A stretch of DNA of 64,000 nt, from contig JAMLID010000001.1 of assembly GCA_023954355.1 (NCBI GenBank), positions 68,361 to 132,360 of the forward strand. The letters are read 5' to 3'. Made by a program: the position numbers and the translations under genes. Under the pieces are notes generated by a model that had not been told where the DNA came from, searched no databases, and saw nothing but the letters and a program-made list of their open reading frames with translations. Of this stretch, positions 10,400 to 20,460 are shown one piece after another (position 1 is the first letter of the stretch; each line of letters begins with the position of its first letter). The DNA is from Oligoflexia bacterium (GTDB taxonomy: Bacteria; Bdellovibrionota; UBA1018; CAIPTA01).

Positions 10400-10781
10400 A
10401 ACTTAAAATGGTATAAGATTTTCCATCATCAGGAGATAGATAAACGTATGCACCACCCCAAGGGTCGATGGGAAGTTTTCCTCCTTGAATAAAGCCCGCA
10501 GCTGGATAATTTGGACATTCTGGTCCGCTGGTAGGTTTTGCAACTAAAGCATCTAAGCCTTGTTGTTCGGTTGGGTAAATAGAGCAATATCTTCTGTAGT
10601 CTTCCAAAAGTTGCTTGAATTGATTGATCTGAATACCTGCAGCACTTCGGTTCCCTTCATCTAATCTGTTAATCAATTGGTTTGTAACAAATGTGCCAGC
10701 AACGGCAATCAATGCGATTACAATCAAGATCTCAATGAGTGAAAATCCTTGTTGGTTAGTGATAAGTGCTCTGTTTTTCAT
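10335..10781 (-). CDS. gspG: Type II secretion major pseudopilin G
   Basis: MKNRALITNQQGFSLIEILIVIALIAV, the classic G-F-S/T-L-I-E prepilin peptidase site. 148 aa. Confidence 0.85.
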   Translation of the reverse strand: MKNRALITNQQGFSLIEILIVIALIAVAGTFVTNQLINRLDEGNRSAAGIQINQFKQLLEDYRRYCSIYPTEQQGLDALVAKPTSGPECPNYPAAGFIQGGKLPIDPWGGAYVYLSPDDGKSYTILSYGTDKKEGGEGSAKDISSADL

Positions 10782-10793
10782 ATGTTCTCCTTT

Positions 10794-12014
10794 TTACTTA
10801 AGTTGCTGTAATTGAAGTAGTGGCACGAATACGGCCATTACGATAATTCCTACAGATAGTCCCATAAATACAATCATTAGAGGTTCTAAGAGAGAGGTCA
10901 TTCGCTCTACTTTTGCATTTACTTGTTCTTCATAGTTTTGTGAAACCATCTCTAACATTGGTGGTAACTCTCCCGTTCTTTCACCTATAGCTATCATATG
11001 TAGTAAAAGCGAAGGAAACTCGCCACTCTTTTTCAACGGATCAGAAATATTTTGCCCTTCAGTAATATTTTCTTTTGCTTCTAAAATTGCTTTTGCCAAA
11101 ATTTCATTACCTACTACAGCACGCACAATTCCTAGCGCTGTCACTAGGGGCACTCCACCATTTAGAAGTGTTGCCATGGTGCTTGCAAATCGACTCACTG
11201 CAACCATTCGAACGATCTCACCGAATAAAGGCAATTTTAAAAAAAGTCTGTCTCTTTTAACAATACCGCTAGGAGTAGAATAGTAACCTTTTACTAACCA
11301 CCCAATTACGGCTGCACCAATTAATAGGGCCCACCAATAATTCACTAAGAAAAAACTAAAATTCATTAGAGCCTCTGTATACCAGGGCATTTTCTTATTC
11401 ATAGAAACGAAAATATTCGCAATTTTTGGAATCACAAACGTAAAGATGACTAACATTAGTCCGCCGCCAATTACGGCCATTAAAAGTGGATACGTCATTG
11501 CGGATTGTACTTTTTGTCTTAGTCGAACTTGACCTTCCATAAAGTCTGCTAGTCTTGCAAGTACAAGAGGCAAAGTACCTGAGGCCTCACCTGATTCAAC
11601 CATGTTAATGAATATGGGAGGAAAAACCTTAGGGTGTCTTGATAGGGCCTCTTTTAAAGAAATACCTTCGTTTACTAATTGTCTAATTTCTGAAAAAACG
11701 GAGCGTAATTTCACTGACTCGGTTTGGTCAATCAGTGCAGCGAGAGCTTCAACAAGTGGGATATTTGCTTTAATTAAGGAGGCGAATTGTCTTGTGCTAA
11801 CGGCTAAGTCTCTAGTGCTGACTGAGCCAGATCCTGATAGAGTAGGAAACAGAGCAGCTAATTTCGATTTCTTTGCCGCTTTTTCATCTATAGAAAGTAG
11901 AACAACACCAGATTTTTTTAACTTCATTTTTGCCGTTTTTATAGAGTCGGCCTCTATGGTATCGCTTAACCCTGCTCCTAATCGATCTGTTCCTGTATAT
12001 TCATATATAGGCAT
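10794..12014 (-). CDS. gspF: Type II secretion inner-membrane platform protein F
   Basis: 406 aa with two GspF/PilC-type repeats and three transmembrane segments. Confidence 0.85.
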   Translation of the reverse strand: MPIYEYTGTDRLGAGLSDTIEADSIKTAKMKLKKSGVVLLSIDEKAAKKSKLAALFPTLSGSGSVSTRDLAVSTRQFASLIKANIPLVEALAALIDQTESVKLRSVFSEIRQLVNEGISLKEALSRHPKVFPPIFINMVESGEASGTLPLVLARLADFMEGQVRLRQKVQSAMTYPLLMAVIGGGLMLVIFTFVIPKIANIFVSMNKKMPWYTEALMNFSFFLVNYWWALLIGAAVIGWLVKGYYSTPSGIVKRDRLFLKLPLFGEIVRMVAVSRFASTMATLLNGGVPLVTALGIVRAVVGNEILAKAILEAKENITEGQNISDPLKKSGEFPSLLLHMIAIGERTGELPPMLEMVSQNYEEQVNAKVERMTSLLEPLMIVFMGLSVGIIVMAVFVPLLQLQQLK

Positions 12015-12017
12015 TTG

Positions 12018-13706
12018 TTATTCGTCCATATTCAGTGATCGAGTTAATTCTTGTAGTGTAGTTACACCGGATAAAACTTTTCTTGCTCCATCTTCCCACA
12101 TTGTGAGCATTCCTTTATCCATAGCGGCTTTTCTGATACTGCCAGAATCAGAGTTTTTCATCACGAGAGTACGAATGGTATCGTCCATAATGAGAAGTTC
12201 ATGAACGTTAATTCGACCACTATAACCTGTTTGGTTACAGTTTTGACAGCCTACAGCTTTAAAGAGAGTGATAGGGCCTTGAAGATTTTTTATTCCTAAT
12301 TCTTGTAGCTCAAGTGGGCTTGCTTCATAGCTCTCACGGCATTTAAGACAAACGCGTCTTACTAGTCTTTGTGCAAGAACTCCATTTACAGAGCTTGCTA
12401 CTAGAAAAGGCTCAACACCCATATCAATCAATCTTGGAAAAGATCCCGCCGCTTCGTTTGTGTGTAGAGATGAAAACACTAAGTGACCAGTAAGAGCCGC
12501 GGTGACAGCAAGGTCTGCAGTTTCGGTATCTCGAATCTCACCCACCATGATGACATCAGGGTCTTGTCGCAAAAATGATCGTAGGGCAGAGGCAAAGGTT
12601 AGATTGATTTTTGCATTTACTTGCACTTGTCCTACACCGTTGAGCTGATACTCGATAGGGTCTTCTACGGTAAGAATATTAATGTCATTTGTATTGATAC
12701 GTTCAAGACATGCGGCCATTGTAGTAGATTTACCAGAACCAGTAGGCCCAGTGATTAGGATGATTCCATTTTCTCTATGAACTAGTTTATTTACTTGCTC
12801 AAGAGTCTCACCTTCGAATCCTAAGCCCTCTAGAGAAAGAAGTTTGCCTCCTTTTTCTAAAATACGCATTACGATTCGTTCGCCAAACTGAGTAGGTATG
12901 GTAGAGAGACGAATATCGATTTCCTTACCAGCTACTTTTCTAAAAATTCTACCATCCTGAGGAATTCGCTTTTCGGCAATATCAAGATTACCCATGACCT
13001 TCACGCGGCTAGAAACTGCGGCATGAACTTTTCTTGGTTGGTGAAGAATATCGTGCATGATTCCATCTACGCGAAATCGAATCACAACTTCTTTTTCAAA
13101 AGGTTCTATGTGAATATCTGATGCTTTTTCTTTAACTGCACGAAAGATCACTGAGTTTACAAAACGAATTACTGGCGCTTCATCTTCAGTGGCATCTAAG
13201 ATATCGATTGGGCCTTCAAGGTCGTAGTTTTCTTCATCGTCTTTATCAATATCTTGAATCATATTAGACGTATTACGTTCATAGACTCTATTGATTGCGT
13301 CTTGGATTCTTGCAGGGCTAGTTACAACAGTATTCACCGTTGGACAGTTAAATATAATGCGAATATCTTCTAGAGACTCAAGATTAAAGGGATCACTCAC
13401 AGCAACGGTAAGGATATTGTCTTTGAATTCTAGCGGCAAAACTTCACGAGTTCTTGCGTAGTTAATGGGAATCTTATCTACTAAGGTTGGGTCAATTTCA
13501 TTGGCTTTAAGATCTTCTACATAGGCTAAATCGATTTGTGCACATAAGGCTCTCATGATTTCATGAGGCAGAACGTACTTTTTACGTAATAAAATATCAC
13601 CAAGACGACCACCTTCTTCAGATTGAAGAGCGACACACTCTTCTAACTGCTCTTTCGTGAGCGTAGTATATTTTATTAATAAATCGCCTATTCGATCTTG
13701 GTTCAT
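12018..13706 (-). CDS. gspE: Type II secretion ATPase E
   Basis: Walker A GPTGSGKSTT and a tetracysteine C-terminal motif (CLKC...CQNC). N1/N2 domains present. Confidence 0.9.
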   Translation of the reverse strand: MNQDRIGDLLIKYTTLTKEQLEECVALQSEEGGRLGDILLRKKYVLPHEIMRALCAQIDLAYVEDLKANEIDPTLVDKIPINYARTREVLPLEFKDNILTVAVSDPFNLESLEDIRIIFNCPTVNTVVTSPARIQDAINRVYERNTSNMIQDIDKDDEENYDLEGPIDILDATEDEAPVIRFVNSVIFRAVKEKASDIHIEPFEKEVVIRFRVDGIMHDILHQPRKVHAAVSSRVKVMGNLDIAEKRIPQDGRIFRKVAGKEIDIRLSTIPTQFGERIVMRILEKGGKLLSLEGLGFEGETLEQVNKLVHRENGIILITGPTGSGKSTTMAACLERINTNDINILTVEDPIEYQLNGVGQVQVNAKINLTFASALRSFLRQDPDVIMVGEIRDTETADLAVTAALTGHLVFSSLHTNEAAGSFPRLIDMGVEPFLVASSVNGVLAQRLVRRVCLKCRESYEASPLELQELGIKNLQGPITLFKAVGCQNCNQTGYSGRINVHELLIMDDTIRTLVMKNSDSGSIRKAAMDKGMLTMWEDGARKVLSGVTTLQELTRSLNMDE

Positions 13707-13708
13707 TT

Positions 13709-16267
13709 TTATTGCTCCGGCATAACAACGGATCCGCCTGATCCGTCGCCTCCATCCATAGGTTGTTCGATTCCCATAACTGGGGCGTCAATAGGTGGAA
13801 GAGGCACGATCCCACCATCAGGCGGATAATAATAATTTGGATCACCGTAATAATCGTTACCATAATCGTCGTCACGATCAGGACTAGAAGGAGTAGAGAA
13901 TGAACTCGATTCTAAATTCGTATCTCTAGGTAGAGGCTCAATCACCGTTAAGTCAGGAAGCGATTTACGCATACGAGAAATTTTCTTAGCCTGAGGGTCT
14001 TTGCTTCCAATATTTTCTCTAAAGAACTCATCTCTTTCAATTAAGTTTTTATCTAAAACTTTTCTCATCGTCTCGTACTGCTTAATAATCGTAGGAGTAA
14101 TAAATACTAATAAATTTGTTTTTCTTACTTGTGATTTTGTGTTTTTAAACAACCAGCCAAGAATCGGGATATCACCCAAGAGAGGAACCTTATTGGTAAC
14201 CTCGTTCACGCTATCACGAATTAGACCAGATAAAACTATGGTATCTTCGTTCTGTACAACAACTTTTGTAGTTGTAGCACGTGTATTTTTACCTTGAGTT
14301 AGTCCTTTAAGATCGTTAGGCACATTTTGAGAATCAAAGTTTTCTAAACGCTGGTCGATTTCTAATTTTACAAAGTCTGAGCCCTTATTGATTTGGGGCT
14401 TAACTTTTAAAGATATTTTAGCAGTGTCTGGCTCAAAGCTTGAGGTAACTACACCATTAGCTGCTGTTGATTTTTGTACTTGAATAGATTCAGCGATTTC
14501 AAATGTTGCTTCTTCATTATCAAGGGCAATAATTTTGGGAGTAGCAACTACATTGGCATCGGTGTTTCCTTGAATAAGCTCTACTAGTCCATTTAGGCTG
14601 TTTACTTTAAATGTTTTTGCGTTGTCTCCAGATCCGAAAGAGATATCTGCTTTTTGATTTCCTTTTTTAAATCCTAGGGCAAAACCGCTGGCTAGGGGAT
14701 TTCCTGAGAGCATTCCAGCAAGAGCACCGCTGGCAGAGTTTAAGGCGATTCCACTAGAGGGAGCAACAAAAGAGGTACCAAATGAGTTATCTCTATTGAG
14801 CGCCATTTCTAAAATAAGTGCTTCAATAAAAACTTGATCTCTAGGAACGTCGATAGATTCTACTACTTTTTTCAAAGTAGAAAAGTCTTGCGGAGATGCC
14901 GTTACTACAAGTGATTGAGTTGTTTTATCTGCACTTACTTTAATATCTCCTTGAAAAACACTACCTCCAGAATTATCAAAGGCAGGAAAAACTTTAGGTC
15001 TATTATTATTTTGTCCAGAGCTAGAGGTGATTCCCGTAAGAGTTTTTGCCATGGTTTCTGCGTCAGCAAATTTTAGGCGAATTACGTGAATTCTTCCACT
15101 ACCTTCAGATGCGGCTACTCTTGTATCTAGTCGTCTAACAAGAGCGCGAATCTCTTGGATACCTGCAGCGTTTGCTTTTACGATTAGTGTATTAGTGCGA
15201 TCGTCGGCGATAATTTTACTAATACTTGAACCGCCGCTGCGCCCTTTGGTTCTTGTTGCTGTTCTAATACCATTATTGAAGTTAGGTTGCGGCCTGACAG
15301 GAGCTCCAAAATTTGCTTGGCTTCTTGTATTATCGTTTAAGATTTGTTCAATGAGTTTTGCTAGGTCTTTGGCCACAGTGAACTTTAAGCTAATGACTAC
15401 TAGGGACTCTTGGTATCCAGCAACATCTAATAAGTTAATTAATTCTACCATGCGATTAATGTGGGTTGCGGTATCGGTAATTATGATTGTATTGGTTTGT
15501 CCATAAGCTTGCATTCTAGCTTCTCTTGGCATCCAAAGTCTGAAAGCATTTTCAAATTCTGTTGCATCAATATAACGAAGAGGGATTACTCTCGTGATGA
15601 ATTCATCGTTATTTGGCGGTTTCTTTTCAGAGTATATTGGAGTCTGCTTTTCTTTTGCATTTGCAATTCTTTCAATACGTAAATATTTACCAGAGGGGAC
15701 TAAGGCAAACCCTCTCATGTTTAGAGAAGTTAAAAATGCGTTCCAAGCATCACATACTGTAATCGGTGTTTGTGAAACTACAGAAATTCTTCCTTTAATA
15801 TCTTGAGGGTTATAGATGAAATTTTTTCCAGTAAGTTTAGAGATTGCTTTTGTTACATCTAAAATTTCGGCATCGGGATAATCAAAATTTTCTACTGTGT
15901 CTTTACAGTTTGCGGGCTCCATTTTAGAGCTACCAGGGCTTTTGCTAATAGCTAAATTACCAGCTGATGATGAGCTACCTGCAGAAAGAGAAGAGCCTGA
16001 TGGTGGAAACGAAGGGCGAACGACATTACCTGATGGTGGAACATAGGGGCGTGAACTGCTAGCGCCTCCGTCGGCAGATGGGTTTAGTGGTGGCGAATAT
16101 TCTCCATCTTCTCCCATAGAGTCTTCTTCAAAATCTTCTTCAAATGGGTTGAATCCTGCATCGGGGTTTGGTGGTAAATTATCAAAGGGATTCGGTGGAA
16201 GTGGAGGAGGATCTTCAGCAAATGCTTTAAGAGAAAGTAAAAGGGCTAGGATTAAGATTTTTTTCAT
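13709..16267 (-). CDS. gspD: Type II secretion secretin D with low-complexity Pro/Gly/Ser-rich N- and C-terminal extensions
   Basis: Secretin-family N domains and C-terminal secretin domain (NTLIVKA..., VPLLGDIPILGWLF). Signal peptide present. Confidence 0.85.
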   Translation of the reverse strand: MKKILILALLLSLKAFAEDPPPLPPNPFDNLPPNPDAGFNPFEEDFEEDSMGEDGEYSPPLNPSADGGASSSRPYVPPSGNVVRPSFPPSGSSLSAGSSSSAGNLAISKSPGSSKMEPANCKDTVENFDYPDAEILDVTKAISKLTGKNFIYNPQDIKGRISVVSQTPITVCDAWNAFLTSLNMRGFALVPSGKYLRIERIANAKEKQTPIYSEKKPPNNDEFITRVIPLRYIDATEFENAFRLWMPREARMQAYGQTNTIIITDTATHINRMVELINLLDVAGYQESLVVISLKFTVAKDLAKLIEQILNDNTRSQANFGAPVRPQPNFNNGIRTATRTKGRSGGSSISKIIADDRTNTLIVKANAAGIQEIRALVRRLDTRVAASEGSGRIHVIRLKFADAETMAKTLTGITSSSGQNNNRPKVFPAFDNSGGSVFQGDIKVSADKTTQSLVVTASPQDFSTLKKVVESIDVPRDQVFIEALILEMALNRDNSFGTSFVAPSSGIALNSASGALAGMLSGNPLASGFALGFKKGNQKADISFGSGDNAKTFKVNSLNGLVELIQGNTDANVVATPKIIALDNEEATFEIAESIQVQKSTAANGVVTSSFEPDTAKISLKVKPQINKGSDFVKLEIDQRLENFDSQNVPNDLKGLTQGKNTRATTTKVVVQNEDTIVLSGLIRDSVNEVTNKVPLLGDIPILGWLFKNTKSQVRKTNLLVFITPTIIKQYETMRKVLDKNLIERDEFFRENIGSKDPQAKKISRMRKSLPDLTVIEPLPRDTNLESSSFSTPSSPDRDDDYGNDYYGDPNYYYPPDGGIVPLPPIDAPVMGIEQPMDGGDGSGGSVVMPEQ

Positions 16268-16276
16268 TTATTTCTC

Positions 16277-17287
16277 CTAATTAATTTCATAAGACATATT
16301 CATCACTTGTTTGTTTCTCTTGATGCAAAGTTCAATATTTCTTGTGTTAGAGTTTTTTAATTCTGTTAGTAGCGAAAAGGCGCGAGCTGGGTCGTTCACG
16401 GGTTGTCCGTTGATGCCACAAATAACGTCTCCGTCTTTCATTCCTAGCTTGTCGTAGATAGATCCAGGAACAATTTGAAAGCACTCATATCCGTCAGCTT
16501 GCCCATTCTCCATATGAGGTACACAGCGCGCTTGTGTAAGTACTTCATTGAGGTTAGCAAGAGTTGCATCTACTTCTTTTCTATCAATTAAAAAACGATT
16601 ACCACCAGAACTTACGATTCCACCACCTTTAGTTGGAGCAGATCTTCTTGTAGTGGTAATCATATCTTTAGGCAATTCTACGTACTCTCTTCGTTGAGAG
16701 CTTTCATTAAAGAAAATAACTCTATCAGATTCAATTTGTTGAACCGTGGCATTGTTTCTACCGATGCGTTCGTTTATTCTTAGTGCGAGTACTTGATTGC
16801 TACTTTTATCATCAATACTAGCCACACTCTTGGTTGGGTCAGAGACTACTATTACGCCTAAAAGATTTAGTGGTAGAGATGTTTTCACTGGTGGCCCATC
16901 GTAGCCTTGACCTTCGTCAGCATTAGGAATCAATCCTTTTTCATTAAAAAGATTTCTGGCAAAGATTATTTCATACTTAGAAAGAGTTTTTCTCTCTTGA
17001 GTGGTGCTCATTCTTGGTCTTGGTGGGTCAGCGATGGGGTACCAAGGCGAAAGAGCTAAAACTAAAAAGTCGGCTACGAAGTAGCCACAAATAGCAGAGG
17101 CAATGCAGTTATATAAAAAAGATTTACGATAAAGTTTATCCCAGTTGATTAAGGGAATTTTTAGTTTTCCAACCGCGATAGTTCTTTTCTGACCAGGAAT
17201 TGCTGTAATTCCTTTAAACTTTGGTTTTTTAACACGAGCCCAAAGTGAGGCAAGCGTAGTCTTCCAATTGTCTGGTAATAGTTTCAT
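16277..17287 (-). CDS. gspC: Type II secretion protein C (transmembrane helix + PDZ domain)
   Basis: Single N-terminal transmembrane helix and a C-terminal PDZ-like region (...ICGINGQPVNDPARAFSLL...). First gene of the cluster. Confidence 0.55.
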   Translation of the reverse strand: MKLLPDNWKTTLASLWARVKKPKFKGITAIPGQKRTIAVGKLKIPLINWDKLYRKSFLYNCIASAICGYFVADFLVLALSPWYPIADPPRPRMSTTQERKTLSKYEIIFARNLFNEKGLIPNADEGQGYDGPPVKTSLPLNLLGVIVVSDPTKSVASIDDKSSNQVLALRINERIGRNNATVQQIESDRVIFFNESSQRREYVELPKDMITTTRRSAPTKGGGIVSSGGNRFLIDRKEVDATLANLNEVLTQARCVPHMENGQADGYECFQIVPGSIYDKLGMKDGDVICGINGQPVNDPARAFSLLTELKNSNTRNIELCIKRNKQVMNMSYEIN

Positions 17288-17501
17288 CCCTGAAATTTCA
17301 TCCTATTCCGTTTAGGCACCATATATGAAATGGTTGCAATCCCCTTGCCACTGTAAATAGAGTAGCTTGTTCGATGAAAACGCGAAAGGGTGCAGAATTA
17401 AAAAGAGATTTTCTTCTCTACACGCAAGAGTGTGAATGATGTTATGTGACAAGTTGGCAAAAAAATCAGAAAAATAAAATACTTTATGACAAATTGGCAG
17501 A

Positions 17502-17873
17502 TTATCTTTTTGCTACTTCGATTTGGTCACCAACCATAACATTTTGGTTAGAGGTTAGAGGAGTTTTGTCTGCAGAATACATTTCTAAAACACGAGCTAC
17601 AGCCATGTCATTTTCAACATGAATCACCTTTAGTCTAGCCACAGGAAATGTAAAATTTTTTCCCGCTCTTTGATTGATTTCATCTATGGTAGTTGAAACG
17701 CGAAATGCTTCTAGTTGTGAGCCAATTTTGATACCTTGGTTGCTTCCCATGCTTATGTAAACATCTCTATAGGTAGATTTGTTTTCTTCCATGGGAAATT
17801 CACTTTTAATCCCAAAAATTTGGTAAGGACCAGCAAAAGCCGTTTGTACTAATAGCAATAAGGCAAAAATCAT
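17502..17873 (-). CDS. Small secreted hypothetical protein
   Basis: Signal peptide MIFALLLLVQTAFAG. No recognisable domain. Confidence 0.4.
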   Translation of the reverse strand: MIFALLLLVQTAFAGPYQIFGIKSEFPMEENKSTYRDVYISMGSNQGIKIGSQLEAFRVSTTIDEINQRAGKNFTFPVARLKVIHVENDMAVARVLEMYSADKTPLTSNQNVMVGDQIEVAKR

Positions 17874-17936
17874 AAAACTTCTCCTATGTATCTCTTCGGA
17901 TACAGATAAAGAAAGCTTTAGAGGGGATTTTCAAAT

Positions 17937-18674
17937 TTATTCTACGTCTTCAACAGTGAGCGGATTAACTTTTTTACCTGTTTTCTTATCTGTGGTTCTT
18001 TTAGTTCCCGGATTAAGTTTTACTCGATCAGATTGGTTAATCATTAAGCGTAAGTCATCTCTACTTTGCAAAATACTATTGATTTGTCCAAGAGATAAAT
18101 TTTGCACTCTTTCTACTGGTCGAGAGGGGTAAGTATAGGTAGCGCTTACTGTACAGCTGGTCTCCATTGTTTGATTAAAGAACTCAACGCCTTGAGCTGA
18201 CCTTGCCGCATCACCTTGAAAGTGTGAACGAACAGAATCATCGCTAGGGCAGTTTGAAGATGAAATGGATGCGCGCATATCAAAATCAGCTACATGAGTA
18301 ATGACATCGCCACGACCGGCAAGGCAGTTGAATTGGTATCTATCGCCCTCTATAGGAGTATTGAATCCAAATGCATCATGAAAGCGAATGCAAGAAGCGT
18401 TTTCAGCAACGGGAAAGTTTGCAACCATATTTGCCATTGTTCTTTTTTTCATCATTTCTCTATAATTTTGATAATAAACAACGGCTTCTTCTGGAGTTTT
18501 AAAAATCGGAGCTGGGCTTCTATTCGTACTCGTCCAATCGAAATTTAATATGCTAGTATTTGGGAAAACAATATTCCCTTCTGCTTGTCCAGGATTTCCT
18601 GGAATTGATATTTTATCTGCAAATGAAGCTTGAGGCAGTAGTCCTACAAAAATCAAAAGAATTAGGGGTTTCAC
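17937..18674 (-). CDS. Secreted hypothetical protein
   Basis: Signal peptide MKPLILLIFVGLLPQASFA. Overlaps the upstream HD-GYP gene by 4 nt, so cotranscribed. Confidence 0.4.
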   Translation of the reverse strand: MKPLILLIFVGLLPQASFADKISIPGNPGQAEGNIVFPNTSILNFDWTSTNRSPAPIFKTPEEAVVYYQNYREMMKKRTMANMVANFPVAENASCIRFHDAFGFNTPIEGDRYQFNCLAGRGDVITHVADFDMRASISSSNCPSDDSVRSHFQGDAARSAQGVEFFNQTMETSCTVSATYTYPSRPVERVQNLSLGQINSILQSRDDLRLMINQSDRVKLNPGTKRTTDKKTGKKVNPLTVEDVE

Positions 18675-19732
18675 TCTAGTTTTCCTCCATAAATCATAAC
18701 GAGTTCAGCAAAAAGTTGTTTGTCTAGTTTATGCATCATGACAGATTGCATGAGCTTAAAAGCTTCAAAGGGTGTTTTGGCCTTAGAGTATGTTCTATCC
18801 GTTGTTAGAGCATTAAAGATATCTGCTATAGTAATAATTTTAGCAAAGACAGAAATTTGATTATCGATGAGTCCGTGAGGGTATCCACCACCACCACCTT
18901 CTTCATGGTGATGTAGAACTCCAAGTTTAGCTCTTTGTGTAAGGTCTCTGTTATCTTTTAGAAGCTCATATCCCCATAGTGAATGCTGTTTCATTTCTCC
19001 CCATTCTTCAGGGTCAAGGGGGCCGGGTTTATTGATAATTTCAGGTTTTACTTTCGTTTTTCCAATATCATGTAAAAGCCCAGCGATACCTAAATCGGCT
19101 AGCTCTTCTTCTGTTGTAATACGCAACTTTTTTCCTAAAGCGATGGCGTTTAATCCCACGCCTACAGAGTGTTGGTAGGTATAATGATCATGAGAAGAGA
19201 GTCTGATTAGGTGATAGAATGCTTTCGGATCTCTAACTAATACGTTAACGAAGCCAGATACTACCTTCATACCTTTTCGAATATTTTCAGGAGAAGGGTC
19301 TTGAAAAAGCTCTTCTGTTATAGTTACAGCATTAGCTCGCATTAAGCTGATTTTTGCATCTACGCTGATTTGGCTACTACTACCGCCAGTATTTTGAGCT
19401 AGAAAAGTCTCTAAATATTTGCGGATTAGTGGGCCATCTTTTCTTTGAATGAAAACACGGTCGATACCAGCATCTAGTAGAGATTGGATTTCAAATGCTC
19501 CAAACGTTTCTTGTGAGTCGCGAAAAGTTCTATATCTTTTTCCGCGCTTAACTAAGAAAGAAACCGCAGGAACCGTATCAGGTCTTACTAAATGGATTTT
19601 TAATGCAATAGGATCATGAGAGTCAGTGATAGCAAGCTCTTGATAAAATTCATTCAAAGATTTGCTAACAGCGTCTTCGCCAATAAACGGATTTGTTTTT
19701 TCTTCTTTTTCTATTTTTTCCGCAGCACTCAT
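18671..19732 (-). CDS. HD-GYP domain c-di-GMP phosphodiesterase
   Basis: HD motif LLHDIGKTKV and HHHEEGGGGGYP (HHE...GYP). Confidence 0.8.
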   Translation of the reverse strand: MSAAEKIEKEEKTNPFIGEDAVSKSLNEFYQELAITDSHDPIALKIHLVRPDTVPAVSFLVKRGKRYRTFRDSQETFGAFEIQSLLDAGIDRVFIQRKDGPLIRKYLETFLAQNTGGSSSQISVDAKISLMRANAVTITEELFQDPSPENIRKGMKVVSGFVNVLVRDPKAFYHLIRLSSHDHYTYQHSVGVGLNAIALGKKLRITTEEELADLGIAGLLHDIGKTKVKPEIINKPGPLDPEEWGEMKQHSLWGYELLKDNRDLTQRAKLGVLHHHEEGGGGGYPHGLIDNQISVFAKIITIADIFNALTTDRTYSKAKTPFEAFKLMQSVMMHKLDKQLFAELVMIYGGKLE

Positions 19733-20012
19733 GCCCCTTCTTTTCGGCTAAAAAGGAAAAAAAATTTAACTCATGGCTAAGAACTTACATCTGTAAAGAG
19801 ATTGGACAGTCGGGGGTGCTAGAATTTTAGACAACAAGAAGCTTGTCTTTATGAAATAATCAATAATATCATATATTTATGTGTATTTCTCTGGAGGCTT
19901 TGATTCTGGCACATGATCTGCATTTGCTTAGGGTGTTCGGTTCTTAGAACCAGCGGTAAAACGGTGAGCCTCAAAATGCGAAAGCAGTGTGGCGGTGCCC
20001 AGATGAAAGATT

Positions 20013-20378
20013 GTGGAGGTTAGAATGTCAGCCTATTTAGATAAGTCTCAGGGAATTACGTTTGTGTACTCAAATTTATTCGATATTTATAAAAAAGCCA
20101 AAGAAGCGAAAATCGATGAGCCTTTTGTAGCAGAAAGAACAAGGGTGTTAAAGAATTCAAACGACTCAATTAAAAAATTTGAGCCTAAAGTGATTGATGC
20201 AAAACAAGAGAGAGTATTTCCTGTTCCTATGGGAGTACGTGAAGCAGAAGAAAAAGCTCGCATAGCTGCAGAAAAGTCGGCAAATACACTAAGAAAAAAC
20301 TTAGGTGAGTTGAATCATGCTCACGATCGCTTAAAATACTTATTACAAGAATTAGATTTATTAACTAAAAAGAAATAG
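20013..20378 (+). CDS. Hypothetical protein
   Basis: 121-aa ORF with a coiled-coil C-terminus. Followed by a strong terminator. Confidence 0.35.
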   Translation: MEVRMSAYLDKSQGITFVYSNLFDIYKKAKEAKIDEPFVAERTRVLKNSNDSIKKFEPKVIDAKQERVFPVPMGVREAEEKARIAAEKSANTLRKNLGELNHAHDRLKYLLQELDLLTKKK

Positions 20379-20387
20379 TTAGTTATA

Positions 20388-20424
20388 AAAAGCCAAGGCT
20401 GTGTTGCGAGCCTTGGCTTTTTTG
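20388..20424. terminator. Rho-independent bidirectional terminator between convergent genes
   Basis: aaaagccaaggct-gtgttgcg-agccttggctttttt. 13-bp GC-containing stem with a T-run. Confidence 0.65.
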
Positions 20425-20460
20425 CGTTTTTAACGAATTTTGCGATGGATAAAATAGAAC

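Noticed and set aside
17288-17501. Possible sigma-54 promoter (GGCAC...TTGCA) upstream of gspC.
   Set aside because: The GG-GC spacing (14 nt) does not fit the -24/-12 consensus, and the element is on the wrong strand for the gsp operon.
19733-20012. GC-richer leader upstream of the 121-aa ORF containing palindrome ggttct-t-agaacc; considered as a riboswitch or structured leader.
   Set aside because: It matches no riboswitch consensus I could recall (c-di-GMP, SAM, cobalamin, TPP). Most likely an ordinary divergent promoter/operator region.
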